Notes: generated by a model from the letters alone, not told the origin. A stretch of 61,298 nt of DNA from Promethearchaeota archaeon Loki_b32 (GCA_005223125.1 NJBH01000022.1:1-61298); one strand, 5' to 3'. Counted from the first letter of the stretch, positions 40,987-50,569 are shown. A program made the numbers and translations.

Positions 40987-41529
40987 ATGCCGTACGACTT
41001 ATCAGCATTTAAAGTACTCATAAAAAGACTTTTCCCACCAAAAGAAAGTGTCTTCATTGTAGACACAAATGGTGATGGAAAAACCGATTCAATTCAAATA
41101 AAATTCATTAATCTCCTTTTACCCTTTGTAATTCCTGATAAAATTGAAATTGGAGATTTTAATTTAAATAATTTTGATCCTGATAGTTTTGATTTATCTC
41201 AATATGGGAAATTTTATTTGGATGACACGCAATTAAATTTTTCTATAGAAAGTGTTAATTTAGATATTGTAAAGAATCGCGTTTTGATCTACCATAAAGG
41301 AGAGTCCTTTAATTTAAATGATATTATGGAAGGAAAATTGCGTGGAAGAACAATTAACTTAAATGACACCATTAGTATTATAATAAAATTAGAAGAGGAT
41401 ACTTTGAAGAAATTTACTGAAGGTACACATTATTTTAAAATAGAAAGTGATTTAATATCAAATTTAGAGATTAAATTTGAATTGGATAAAAGTAACATGA
41501 ATATAAGATTTGATCCTGGTAATACCTAA
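40987..41529 (+). CDS. Hypothetical beta-rich protein with a DxDxDG-like loop
   Basis: VDTNGDGKTD. Confidence 0.6.
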   Translation: MPYDLSAFKVLIKRLFPPKESVFIVDTNGDGKTDSIQIKFINLLLPFVIPDKIEIGDFNLNNFDPDSFDLSQYGKFYLDDTQLNFSIESVNLDIVKNRVLIYHKGESFNLNDIMEGKLRGRTINLNDTISIIIKLEEDTLKKFTEGTHYFKIESDLISNLEIKFELDKSNMNIRFDPGNT

Positions 41530-41643
41530 AAGATGCTATTAATAAATTACTTAATAGGTAATGTCCCTATTCTTAAATCTCATCCTTTTCTTGAAGAAAT
41601 AAATGGGGTTTTTATTTTTATTTTTAGATGAATTCAAGAAGGT

Positions 41644-42177
41644 GTGACTATGGCAATAACAGAAGCTAAGAATAATGTAAATATCAGCACTACTAAAATT
41701 GATTTTATATGTCCGGTTTGTAAGTCTAGAAAAGCTTTAGATGTTCCTAAATCTGTTATTGAAGACGCAAAACAATTAACTACTATGTCAATAGCACGAG
41801 GTTTAGTATGTGAACATCAATTTCAAGCATTTGTGGATAAGAATTATCAGGTTCGAGGATATCAAAGAGTTGATTTTGAATTTGAACCTAATGTAAATCA
41901 TGAAAAACCTTCAGATTTCAACAATTTTAAACAAGATGATAATGAGCTTTTCGAAAATTTAGTTTTAGAGGGTAATTATCTTGAATATAAACCTAAAAAT
42001 ACTGAATATAAAATAAATAAAAGCTTAAAAAAACAAAAAATTCCTACTCAAGAAAAGAAAATAAGTCTTGGAGAAATTTATAATGAATTCAGGGAATTAA
42101 TAGATGAAGATAATGAAAAATTCAGAGATTTTATAGAAAATGATTCGAGAAGAAATCAAATCTCTTTAATCTATTAA
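41644..42177 (+). CDS. Zn-binding hypothetical protein
   Basis: CPVC...CEH.F.AFVD..Y.VRGYQ. Confidence 0.65.
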   Translation: MTMAITEAKNNVNISTTKIDFICPVCKSRKALDVPKSVIEDAKQLTTMSIARGLVCEHQFQAFVDKNYQVRGYQRVDFEFEPNVNHEKPSDFNNFKQDDNELFENLVLEGNYLEYKPKNTEYKINKSLKKQKIPTQEKKISLGEIYNEFRELIDEDNEKFRDFIENDSRRNQISLIY

Positions 42178-42203
42178 ATATATTTAATTATTTTTGAAGA
42201 TAA

Positions 42204-43412
42204 TTACAGAGACTCTTCTTTCAATGCAGTAACTATTCTTGTCATGCACTCTTTTAATATTGATCTTGGACATGCTACATTTATTCTCTGAAATCCTTCT
42301 CCGCCAGGACCAAATATTTTCCCATCATCTAATGCAACTTTTGCTTTTTTAAGCATAAATTTACTAAGAGATTCATCATCCATTCCTATTTTGTTAAAAT
42401 CTAACCACGCTAGATAAGTGCCTTCAGGATCAATAAAATCAACATCAGGAAGATTTTCACTTACAAATTCTTTTAGAAATTTAAAATTGGCTTCGATGTA
42501 TTTTAAAACCTGTTCCAACCATTCTTCTCCTTCATCATAACCTGTTATTAAAGCAACTATGCCAAAAACATTAGGAATCATAATACCATTTATATTCATA
42601 ATAGTATTTGTAAAAGCTTCTCTCTTCTTTTTATTGGGAATAATAATATTAGAAGTTTGTAAGCCAGCTATGTTGAAGGTTTTATTTGGAGCCGTGCATA
42701 CAAAAGTGTTTTGTTCAAATTCTTTAGAGAGGGTAGAAAATAAAGTGTGTTTATGTCCTGAGAGAATTAAATCGTGATGTATCTCGTCTGAAACTATTAA
42801 AATTTCATTTTCTAAACAGATATCTCCAAGTCTTCTAAGTTCTTTTTCAGTCCACACACGCCCTATAGGGTTATGAGGACTACAGAGAATAAACATTTTA
42901 GTTAAAGGATCTTTAGCTTTTTCTTCAAAATCTTCGAAATCAATAGAATATTTCTTATTTTCATACAATAACTGGTTTGTTAATACTTGACGTCCATTAT
43001 TTACTATTGCTGTAAAGAATGGTTGATATACTGGTGGCTGGATAATTACTTTTTCTCCTGTATTCACAAAGGTTTGTATTAACATATATATTGCTGGAAC
43101 AATACCAGGACTATATACAATCCAATCATTCTCAACTTCCCAGCTATGTCTTCGTTTCATCCAATTTGTTACGGAATCTAAATAAGCAGGGATTTTATGC
43201 CAACTGTATCCATAAATTTCTTCAGTTGTTCTCTTTTTTAATGCATCAATAACCTGTTGTGGACATTGGAAATCCATATCAGCAACCCAAAGAGGCAAAA
43301 CATCATCAGTTTCAAAACGTTCTTTAAGAAAATGCTTATTCCACTTCATTGAATTGGTTCTTGTACGATCAATTACTCGATCAAAATCGTATTTCATTGT
43401 GAATCTAAACAT
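42204..43412 (-). CDS. MalY/PatB-family PLP-dependent cystathionine beta-lyase/aminotransferase
   Basis: PLWVADMDF, LCSPHNPIGRVW, SDEIH, KTFNIAGL, GTYLAWLD, RINVAC. Confidence 0.92.
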   Translation of the reverse strand: MFRFTMKYDFDRVIDRTRTNSMKWNKHFLKERFETDDVLPLWVADMDFQCPQQVIDALKKRTTEEIYGYSWHKIPAYLDSVTNWMKRRHSWEVENDWIVYSPGIVPAIYMLIQTFVNTGEKVIIQPPVYQPFFTAIVNNGRQVLTNQLLYENKKYSIDFEDFEEKAKDPLTKMFILCSPHNPIGRVWTEKELRRLGDICLENEILIVSDEIHHDLILSGHKHTLFSTLSKEFEQNTFVCTAPNKTFNIAGLQTSNIIIPNKKKREAFTNTIMNINGIMIPNVFGIVALITGYDEGEEWLEQVLKYIEANFKFLKEFVSENLPDVDFIDPEGTYLAWLDFNKIGMDDESLSKFMLKKAKVALDDGKIFGPGGEGFQRINVACPRSILKECMTRIVTALKEESL

Positions 43413-43537
43413 GTAAATTAAAAATCTTTTTTAAATGTTTATTAGAAAGTAATTTATGATATAAGGATAAAGAACAGAAGATATATATGGTGCCAAGGCA
43501 AAACCTGATTATTATCGTAGTTAAATGGGAAGAATTA

Positions 43538-43678
43538 TGCCAAGGGAGAGATTCTCTATAAAACTCGAAAAGGGTTTTATTTTTGAACTCTCGATACCTA
43601 GATCTTCAGTCTAGTGCGTTCCTACCCGTCATCGGGAATGCTCCAACGTATTCTGACACCAGGCTACGCCACCTTGGC
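43538..43678 (-). tRNA. tRNA-Phe(GAA) with two non-canonical introns (D-loop and T-loop)
   Basis: GCCAAGG/CCTTGGC acceptor; CTAGA-CT-GAA-GA-TCTAG; GAGAG/CTCTC T-stem; ~35-nt D-loop insert and ~30-nt T-loop insert, each a hairpin. Confidence 0.88.
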
Positions 43679-43816
43679 GATACTGATTTTTCTTATTTTT
43701 TGATAAAATCTAAATTATAATCACATATAAGATACGAATTAAAGTATAGAATCTCATAAAAATATTTTTAGTCCTTTAATGGAAAAATGAAAAAGTAAGA
43801 AAAAAGAACATAAAGT

Positions 43817-44020
43817 TTATATTTTTTCACACACACGATTTAATCTGCCTTTGAGAGCTGTTAAGAATCCGATTAAATAGGCTAACTGATTCATTTTATC
43901 GTTCTCATCCATTACTGTGCTGTACACAGTATTGGTTCTATCGCATAAATCTTCTATTATTTCTTCGGGAGTATTTAGATCTTCTCCAAAAAAGTCTCTT
44001 CTCCTTTTATATTCAAAGCA
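43817..44020 (-). CDS. Possible small helical protein with no canonical start found
   Basis: Open frame FEYKRRRDFFGEDLNTPEEIIEDLCDRTNTVYSTVMDENDKMNQLAYLIGFLTALKGRLNRVCEKI*. Confidence 0.4.
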   Translation of the reverse strand, partial: CFEYKRRRDFFGEDLNTPEEIIEDLCDRTNTVYSTVMDENDKMNQLAYLIGFLTALKGRLNRVCEKI

Positions 44021-44216
44021 ATCACTTCTTTTTAATATTATTTTATTTTTAAAAATTTAAAACCATATAATTTTATTGGTATTTAAACAAAAAATTTCAG
44101 TCTTTTAATCTGAATTGATGCAGATAATTTTATCATTAAATTAGACGAGAAGGAGTATGTTCATGAGCAGAGTTTAAAGGTAAAAATATCATTTAAAGTT
44201 TTTTCATGTGAATCTT

Positions 44217-44921
44217 TTACTTTTCTAAAATTTGTGCCCTTTCTTCTTTTGATAATTTTTCGCTTGCGTATCTTAGAATTAAACGTGGTAATCTTTCTTT
44301 GTTATTCATTAAGTACTTGAAAATTAAATCCGGTTTAAATTTTGAACAGGTTTTTAGAAGCCAACCGATTCCTTTTTGAATATAATCTTCTAAATATTCA
44401 TGCATTTTTTCAACAAATTCAAATACATAAATCTCATCAAATTCTCTTTTTATCATTATAATTTTAAGTAGAATTACCAATGAAGCTCGTCTAACCCATA
44501 GATTTTCAGATTTTGACCAATTATTAATAATTTTTTCAGCTAATTGCTTGTTATTCTTTTTTCCGAGAAATGGTCCAATAACTCTTATACAACTAGTATC
44601 ACAAAAAGCCCATGTATCACAGTATTTAGATAACTGATGCTCAAACATATCTATAGTCGCTTGATTGAAATTGCTTTTAAAGTGATTGAGAAAAAATATA
44701 CCAGAAAATTTCTCCTCATGAACATTGGAGCTAACTAAATTTTTACAAACATTGAGAGCGTCCTCATAACTACATTGATATTTCATATGCACGGTTTTAG
44801 TAATTTTTTCTATATCAGAAATCTTATGACCATATCCAAAAAAGTTTGGATTATTAGAATTCAATATTTTGTTTCTTCGAACAATCTGTTCGGGAGTTAA
44901 TTTAGGAGCAGTATTTTTCAA
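44217..44921 (-). CDS. DNA alkylation repair protein (AlkD-like HEAT repeat)
   Basis: DTWAFCD, WSKSENLWVRRAS, DYIQKGIGWLLK, LRYASEK. Confidence 0.85.
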   Translation of the reverse strand: MKNTAPKLTPEQIVRRNKILNSNNPNFFGYGHKISDIEKITKTVHMKYQCSYEDALNVCKNLVSSNVHEEKFSGIFFLNHFKSNFNQATIDMFEHQLSKYCDTWAFCDTSCIRVIGPFLGKKNNKQLAEKIINNWSKSENLWVRRASLVILLKIIMIKREFDEIYVFEFVEKMHEYLEDYIQKGIGWLLKTCSKFKPDLIFKYLMNNKERLPRLILRYASEKLSKEERAQILEK

Positions 44922-44953
44922 TTCTTCAATGATTTCTTGGGTTATTCCTGTGA

Positions 44954-46120
44954 TTATAGAAATTTTTCTAACCCCTTTTTTTGTTTTAATTCTTTACTTT
45001 TTTCTAAGTAAGGGTTGACAATTTCAATTATTTTAGGATTAAAGTTTTTTATAGTGTGCAATTCACCTCTCTTATAAACATCTAAAATCGATTCTTCTAG
45101 ATTATTAAGGTTCAAACCTGCCCACATTAGAGTTTTATTCGATTTACCTGTTTTTAATGCATCTATATACTCTTTATTTAAGAGTAATTCTGATAGTTTA
45201 TAATTCCATTTACGGAAATCTGAAGGAATCCAACGTTTTACTCGGACATTAACTTTATATTTTTGACATAAATTCCATAATTTATGATTAATTTCTTTAC
45301 AATAATCAGCAGGTGGATGTATCTCACCTTTATATAGATTTAAAAGTGGTTTAACAATTTGAGTATACTTACTTTTTTTTAATTTATTAATAAAATATTG
45401 AGCTTGAGAATCCCTCATGGTCAAGCCAGGTGAAAATAATACAAAATCAGCACCAGCTTCTTTAGATTTTTTTATTATGTCCTCTAAGTTTTCATCATTA
45501 TCCTCTAAAAATGGGATTATTGGAATGAAATATATGCCAACTTGTATATTGGGAGACTCTTTTTTAATGGTTTTTAAAGCTTCAAATCTTTCAGAAGGTG
45601 CTGATGAATATGGTTCTAAGAAACTAGCAAGTTCTTCATCAGTTGTACTAACTGAAAATCCTACAGTACACCAAGTATCATTAGCGATTGTTTTAAGTAT
45701 TTCCATATCCCGAGTGATTAAATTTGATTTAGTTGCTATATTAATGGGGAATTTATATTTTGCTATGACTTCTAAAACTTTTCTAGTATGTTCAATCTTT
45801 TTTTCTATTTGTTGATAAGCATCATTTACACCGCCAGGAGCAATTACGTCAGGCAATAATGTGCGAGCTCTTTTAAGTCTCTGATCCAGTTTTTTGTCAA
45901 AATTAGTCTTTATAATCACTTCATTTTCGAAATCCTCTATGTAATATCGTTCACTTCGAGCATCACAGTATATACAGGCATGAGCACATCCTGAATATGT
46001 ATTTAAAGTATAACGCGACCAAAACCATGAATCGGGATATTTTAACTTATTTATAACCGACTTAAACTCTTTATAAATGTATTTAACCATTATTATGATT
46101 GTTAATTCAGTATTGGTCAA
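44954..46120 (-). CDS. Radical SAM protein, SplB/Rv2578c-like (DNA repair associated)
   Basis: YSGCAHACIYC, DAYQ..E, TKS..ITRD, LEP....ERF. Confidence 0.85.
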   Translation of the reverse strand: MTNTELTIIIMVKYIYKEFKSVINKLKYPDSWFWSRYTLNTYSGCAHACIYCDARSERYYIEDFENEVIIKTNFDKKLDQRLKRARTLLPDVIAPGGVNDAYQQIEKKIEHTRKVLEVIAKYKFPINIATKSNLITRDMEILKTIANDTWCTVGFSVSTTDEELASFLEPYSSAPSERFEALKTIKKESPNIQVGIYFIPIIPFLEDNDENLEDIIKKSKEAGADFVLFSPGLTMRDSQAQYFINKLKKSKYTQIVKPLLNLYKGEIHPPADYCKEINHKLWNLCQKYKVNVRVKRWIPSDFRKWNYKLSELLLNKEYIDALKTGKSNKTLMWAGLNLNNLEESILDVYKRGELHTIKNFNPKIIEIVNPYLEKSKELKQKKGLEKFL

Positions 46121-46412
46121 TAATAAAATAAAAAATTTAAGATTGATCCAAGAGAAGAATATTTAGTTTAAAAGAAGTGAAAAAACGCCTTTTTAATACA
46201 AATTTAGAAGTGATCTAATATATGGAAATGGAATATAATTTGCGGGCGTTTTTTCAACTATATCATACGAATTTGTTAATTTAACTTTTTGCCTTTTAAA
46301 TTATTGAAAAAAAGGTGTTTCTTTTCTATTAATCAAAACTTCGTGAAACCATCCTTTCACGATGATTTTTTTATATAAATTTTACCCCGAAATGATTTTA
46401 AGAGATAATAGA

Positions 46413-46514
46413 TGCGCGATCCGGGAATTGAAATCCCGAACAACCCCGAAATGGAGCGGCTACCCGGGTCATCGGCTTGGAAGGCCGAGATCCTAACCAC
46501 TAGACTAATCGCGC
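46413..46514 (-). tRNA. tRNA-Gly(TCC) with a 30-nt intron at the T-stem/T-loop junction (about 53/54)
   Basis: GCGCGAT/ATCGCGC acceptor; TCGGC-CT-TCC-AA-GCCGA; BHB CCCG/CGGG with GGT and ATT bulges; removing 46433-46462 restores CCGGG-TTCAATT-CCCGG. Confidence 0.9.
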
Positions 46515-46576
46515 TTGAAAATTTTAGAAATTAGTGTGAGATAAAAAATTTATCATTTCTTTTAACTTTAGCGATT

Positions 46577-47251
46577 TTAAAGGATGCCATAAGTTAGTTC
46601 ATAATAGGTTATAATTCTATTAGTAGCAACCCAAGCATCTAATGGGTGTTTGGAAATAGAAATTAATTTATTTGAAAGAGTTATAATGTCTTTTGAGAAA
46701 CTACTTTTTTGAAATCCACCTACTAATGCGAAATAGTTTTTAGCAATATCCTTAGGAAATAACTCCTCATAATTATTGACCAATTTCCCTTTACTTGAAA
46801 AGATATATATTTCAGGATTTTCAAATTTTGCTATAAGGTCCTTTAAGCTTCCGTCAAATGGGGTTATTAATTTTGATGTTTCTGTCTCGATACTTCCATC
46901 TATAAACAATTTAGCTATTAAACCTTTAAACCGGTTATAATTTCTCGCGATTCTAATTTCTGGGTTGAATTTAAAAATCTTATTATTAATTGTATGAATA
47001 TATATTATTAAATTACCATTAATATTTAGTGGTGATCCTAAAGCATTAAGTAAACAAACGTGAGTTATATCTGGTCTTCCTCTTTTTTGGAAGTTTTTCA
47101 GATTTTTCATAGCCGAAAAATGTAATGTGTTATCTAGGAGTTGTGAAGAATAAATTCTTGATGAAAAATTTTTCTTAACAGCAGGATGAGATCTAATTTG
47201 TTTTGGAATTAATTCTAATCCGCATTCAGCAAAAACCATAATTAATGGCAT
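46577..47251 (-). CDS. nep1: 16S rRNA pseudouridine N1-methyltransferase Nep1
   Basis: LELIP, LLD..H, RGRPDITH..LL...SPLN, RNYNRF.GL, VGGF. Confidence 0.92.
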   Translation of the reverse strand: MPLIMVFAECGLELIPKQIRSHPAVKKNFSSRIYSSQLLDNTLHFSAMKNLKNFQKRGRPDITHVCLLNALGSPLNINGNLIIYIHTINNKIFKFNPEIRIARNYNRFKGLIAKLFIDGSIETETSKLITPFDGSLKDLIAKFENPEIYIFSSKGKLVNNYEELFPKDIAKNYFALVGGFQKSSFSKDIITLSNKLISISKHPLDAWVATNRIITYYELTYGIL

Positions 47252-47285
47252 AAGAAACTTCCGATAATTTAATCAAATAAATATA

Positions 47286-47630
47286 TTATTTCTTTTTATT
47301 GTTTAACTTAATGAAATATCTTGTGGTTTTATTGCACTCAAAACACGTTAAAGAGACATGAGACCCTTTTCCTTTCTGTGAATGCAATCTAATCCTATAA
47401 TTTACCCCAGGATAAAGAAACATTTTGCATTTATGACAAATACGTTTTTTCCACTCATGAGGTATTCTTATCTTGGTTCTTTGAGCATAACGCCTTGCTA
47501 AATAAGTATAACGATTTGCTAAAGTTTTATTTTCAGGAAAAATCTCGTGAGCTTTTTGAAATAAATAAATCATCCTGGAATTTGCAATTTTTTTTACGAT
47601 ATATTTTGAATTTTTATTCCTTTTCGGCAT
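47286..47630 (-). CDS. rnp4: Ribonuclease P protein component 4 (Rpp21)
   Basis: LANRY, KRICHKC..LYPG..R.R, CFEC...RY. Confidence 0.92.
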   Translation of the reverse strand: MPKRNKNSKYIVKKIANSRMIYLFQKAHEIFPENKTLANRYTYLARRYAQRTKIRIPHEWKKRICHKCKMFLYPGVNYRIRLHSQKGKGSHVSLTCFECNKTTRYFIKLNNKKK

Positions 47631-47652
47631 CTAAATTATCTTTAAAGCATTT

Positions 47653-47925
47653 TTAATTAAACTTATTAAAATCATGTAAGGAAAGTATGAAAATTTTTCC
47701 TCTAACATCTATTAAATAAGAGTTTGTTAAATTTGAGATTTTATTAGCTAATTCTTTTACATTTGATTTTGTGGCAACAGATCTTAATGCCTTGATTTTT
47801 ATTACTTTATATCTTTTTAATAATTTATTTACGTGGTTGACAAACTCATTAGTAATCCCATTTTTACCCAAAATACAATTTGGTTGCGATGATAAAGCAT
47901 TCTTAAATTTTTTTACATAATCCAT
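47653..47925 (-). CDS. YhbY/CRM RNA-binding protein
   Basis: LGKNGIT, VIKIK, DVRGKIFIL. Confidence 0.85.
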   Translation of the reverse strand: MDYVKKFKNALSSQPNCILGKNGITNEFVNHVNKLLKRYKVIKIKALRSVATKSNVKELANKISNLTNSYLIDVRGKIFILSLHDFNKFN

Positions 47926-48017
47926 TGTCTTAGAACTTAAAAAATAGGAAAAATTTTTAATTTATTCTGACTTTTTAAACGTATTATATTTAATAATGAA
48001 GTATAGAATTAAAGATC

Positions 48018-48443
48018 ATGTCTATATATGTTGTTCAACCAGAAAAACTTCTCGAAGCAATAGCAGAAAAACTTAGAGAATATCCAGAAATTACACCTCC
48101 AAAAGGTTCAGAATTTTGGAAAACCGCATTTTTTAAAGAATTAGCACCACAGGATTCTGAGAAATTCTGGTACATCAGATGTGCTTCACTTCTAAGAAAA
48201 GTCAAAAAATATGGACCTATCGGAGTAAATAAACTTAGAAAATTTTATGGAGGAAAAAATAGAAAAGGTCCTGGACGAAGTCACTCTGCAAAGGGAAGTG
48301 GGAAAATTATAAGAGTGGCATTGCAACAATTAGCAAATGCAAAGTTAGTTGAGAGGGTAGAAAAAAAAGGAAGAGTTGTTTCCGCTGAAGGTACAAGTTT
48401 ATTAGAACGAACAGCATATGCAATTTTAAGACATAAAACCTAA
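48018..48443 (+). CDS. rps19e: 30S ribosomal protein S19e
   Basis: KELAP..WYIRCASLLRK, GPIGV..LRKFYGG, GSGKIIR.ALQQL. Confidence 0.96.
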   Translation: MSIYVVQPEKLLEAIAEKLREYPEITPPKGSEFWKTAFFKELAPQDSEKFWYIRCASLLRKVKKYGPIGVNKLRKFYGGKNRKGPGRSHSAKGSGKIIRVALQQLANAKLVERVEKKGRVVSAEGTSLLERTAYAILRHKT

Positions 48444-48468
48444 AAATTGTATTATTTAGGGATTTAAA

Positions 48469-48810
48469 TTGAGTAATGACGAAGAATTAGACAGTATTAG
48501 AAGAAGAAGATTAGAAGAATTAAAGCAGCAAGCTGCTCAACAACAGATCGCAGAAGATCAACAAAATGAATTTGAATCGAAAAAATATCAACTAATGAGA
48601 AAGATTTTAAGTCAAGAAGGAAGGCAAAGATTAGAAAATATTCGGATGGTCAAACCAGAATTCGCGGAACAAATAGAATTACAATTGATTCAATTATTAA
48701 AGTCGGGACAACTAAGAGGATCAATTCCCCTACCAGATGATGCATTTAAAAAACTTTTAGAACAAATTTCTTCAATGGGAAGGAAAAAAGAATTTAATAT
48801 CAAAAAATAG
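48469..48810 (+). CDS. PDCD5-like DNA-binding protein
   Basis: ELDSIRRRRLEEL, ILSQEGRQRLENIRMVKPEFA..IE.QLIQL. Confidence 0.92.
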   Translation: MSNDEELDSIRRRRLEELKQQAAQQQIAEDQQNEFESKKYQLMRKILSQEGRQRLENIRMVKPEFAEQIELQLIQLLKSGQLRGSIPLPDDAFKKLLEQISSMGRKKEFNIKK

Positions 48811-48847
48811 AAAAGTATAAAGAAAAATTTTAAAGAGATCAGGGTTT

Positions 48848-49009
48848 ATGGCAAGAAATAAAGATTTACCTTCTAAATTACGAAGAGCAAAGAAATATAA
48901 ACAAAGTCAATCAATACCAAGCTGGGTTACTATAAAAACAAATCGTAGAGTGAGAAGTAACCCTTACTCGAGAAGATCTTGGAGGAATGCAAGATTAAAA
49001 CGAGATTAA
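48848..49009 (+). CDS. rpl39e: 50S ribosomal protein L39e (not in the ORF track)
   Basis: Manual translation MARNKDLPSKLRRAKKYKQSQSIPSWVTIKTNRRVRSNPYSRRSWRNARLKRD*; operon position. Confidence 0.93.
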   Translation: MARNKDLPSKLRRAKKYKQSQSIPSWVTIKTNRRVRSNPYSRRSWRNARLKRD

Positions 49010-49037
49010 AATTTATTAATTATAAAATTGAAGAATA

Positions 49038-49487
49038 ATGGCAAAAAAGGAAAAGGAAATTAATCTAGATGATTTAGAGGAAGAATTAGCAGATTCTGAA
49101 GAACCTGTTGAAGAGATTGAAGAGATCGAAGAATTTAGCTTAGATGAAATCTCTGAAGAAGAAGAAATAAGTGAAATCTTTGAAGAAGAGGCGTTAGAAG
49201 GGGAAGAAGTAGAGGAAATAGAAGAACCAAAAGAGGAAATAATTGATGAAAGGATTTATATTATTCCACTTGCTAAAGCACGTAAAGGCCCAAGAAATAA
49301 ACGAGCTAAAAAAGCAATTAGATATTTAAAAGAATATATGACTCGTCATTTTAAACCAGAATCTTTAGTAATTACTCAAGAAGTTAATCAGGCTATATGG
49401 CAACGCGGAATTCAGAAACCTCCAAGAAAATTAAAGGTAAGAGCAACTAAAAACATTGATGGATTAGTTGTTGTCTATTTGGGTTAA
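49038..49487 (+). CDS. rpl31e: 50S ribosomal protein L31e with long acidic N-terminal extension
   Basis: ERIYIIPL..RNKRAKKAI..VNQAIWQRGIQKPPRKLKVRA. Confidence 0.95.
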   Translation: MAKKEKEINLDDLEEELADSEEPVEEIEEIEEFSLDEISEEEEISEIFEEEALEGEEVEEIEEPKEEIIDERIYIIPLAKARKGPRNKRAKKAIRYLKEYMTRHFKPESLVITQEVNQAIWQRGIQKPPRKLKVRATKNIDGLVVVYLG

Positions 49488-49511
49488 TATATTAAAAATA
49501 TACTTGTTTTT

Positions 49512-50180
49512 ATGATTATTAGAGCTCAAATTTTTGGTAGGAGTTTAGTAGGAGCATTTTTAATTGTGAATAATTCATATATTCTTTATCCGCCAACATT
49601 AATAAAACCACAACTAAAAAAGTTCAAAACGGTTTTTGAAGAACCTCTTTATCCTCTCACAATTAATAATTCCAATTTATTAGGTATCTATTCAGCATCA
49701 AATAAATACGGAATAATAGTACCTTATATTATAAGAGAAGACGAGTTAAATAATTTAAAATCATATGTGAATGATTCGAGTAATATAGGAGTTTTAAAAT
49801 CAATTGATAATGCTTTTGGAAATTTAATATTATGTAACGATAAGGGGGCAATAATTAGCTCATTATTAGAAAATTACAAATCTGAGATTGAAGATATTCT
49901 AAATGTTGAGACTGTTATTTACGAATTCGCGAATTATTACCTTCCAGGTTCAATATCATTAGCTAATAATTATGGTTGTTTAGTCCATCCGCTATCAACT
50001 GATGAGGAGATTGAAGATATATCTTCAATTTTAAAGGTTGATGAGGTTGATGTCTCAACAGTAAATCGGGGAGTACCATATTTAAGGTCAGGAGCAAGCG
50101 TAAATGATAAAAGTGGAATTTTTGGAATTGATTGTACAGGCCCTGAAATGATGCGAATTACTAATGTTTTACATTTATAA
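49512..50180 (+). CDS. eif6: Translation initiation factor 6 (aIF6)
   Basis: AFGNLILCNDKGA, GCLVHP, STVNRG, TGPE. Confidence 0.93.
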   Translation: MIIRAQIFGRSLVGAFLIVNNSYILYPPTLIKPQLKKFKTVFEEPLYPLTINNSNLLGIYSASNKYGIIVPYIIREDELNNLKSYVNDSSNIGVLKSIDNAFGNLILCNDKGAIISSLLENYKSEIEDILNVETVIYEFANYYLPGSISLANNYGCLVHPLSTDEEIEDISSILKVDEVDVSTVNRGVPYLRSGASVNDKSGIFGIDCTGPEMMRITNVLHL

Positions 50181-50318
50181 AGAGAGCCTAAAAAAGTGTG
50201 ATTCCTTCTTAAATTCTTAAGTAGCTTTAAAATCCAACAAGAAGTAAAATACAAAATTTAATATTTTTAGAAATATTATCCTATTTTAAAAACTTTGATA
50301 CAGTGGTTTTATTTAGTT

Positions 50319-50546
50319 ATGTCAGAGATAAAAATTTTCAGAATTATTGGCAACTACAAAAAGAATCATAAAAAGTATTTATTTAGAAAAGAAGTACGCG
50401 CCTTAAGGGAAGAAGATGCTCTTGAAAAGGTATTAAGCCAAATTACATCAATTGGGATAATAAGACGCCAAATCAACATTCAGGAAGTAAAACAAATATC
50501 TCTGGAAGAATCTCAAGATTATCTTATACGAGAATTATCAGAATAA
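50319..50546 (+). CDS. rpl18a: 50S ribosomal protein L18Ae (LX)
   Basis: KIFRIIG..FRKEVRAL.EEDALEK..I.R.QI.I; operon position; ATG at 50319. Confidence 0.85.
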   Translation: MSEIKIFRIIGNYKKNHKKYLFRKEVRALREEDALEKVLSQITSIGIIRRQINIQEVKQISLEESQDYLIRELSE

Positions 50547-50569
50547 ATAAAAATTAATCTTTAAATAGT

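Noticed and set aside
40987-41529. Membership of this ORF in the inositol pathway, or an EF-hand protein call
   Set aside because: It has only a single DxDxDG-like loop in a beta context and no enzyme motifs; adjacency alone is insufficient.
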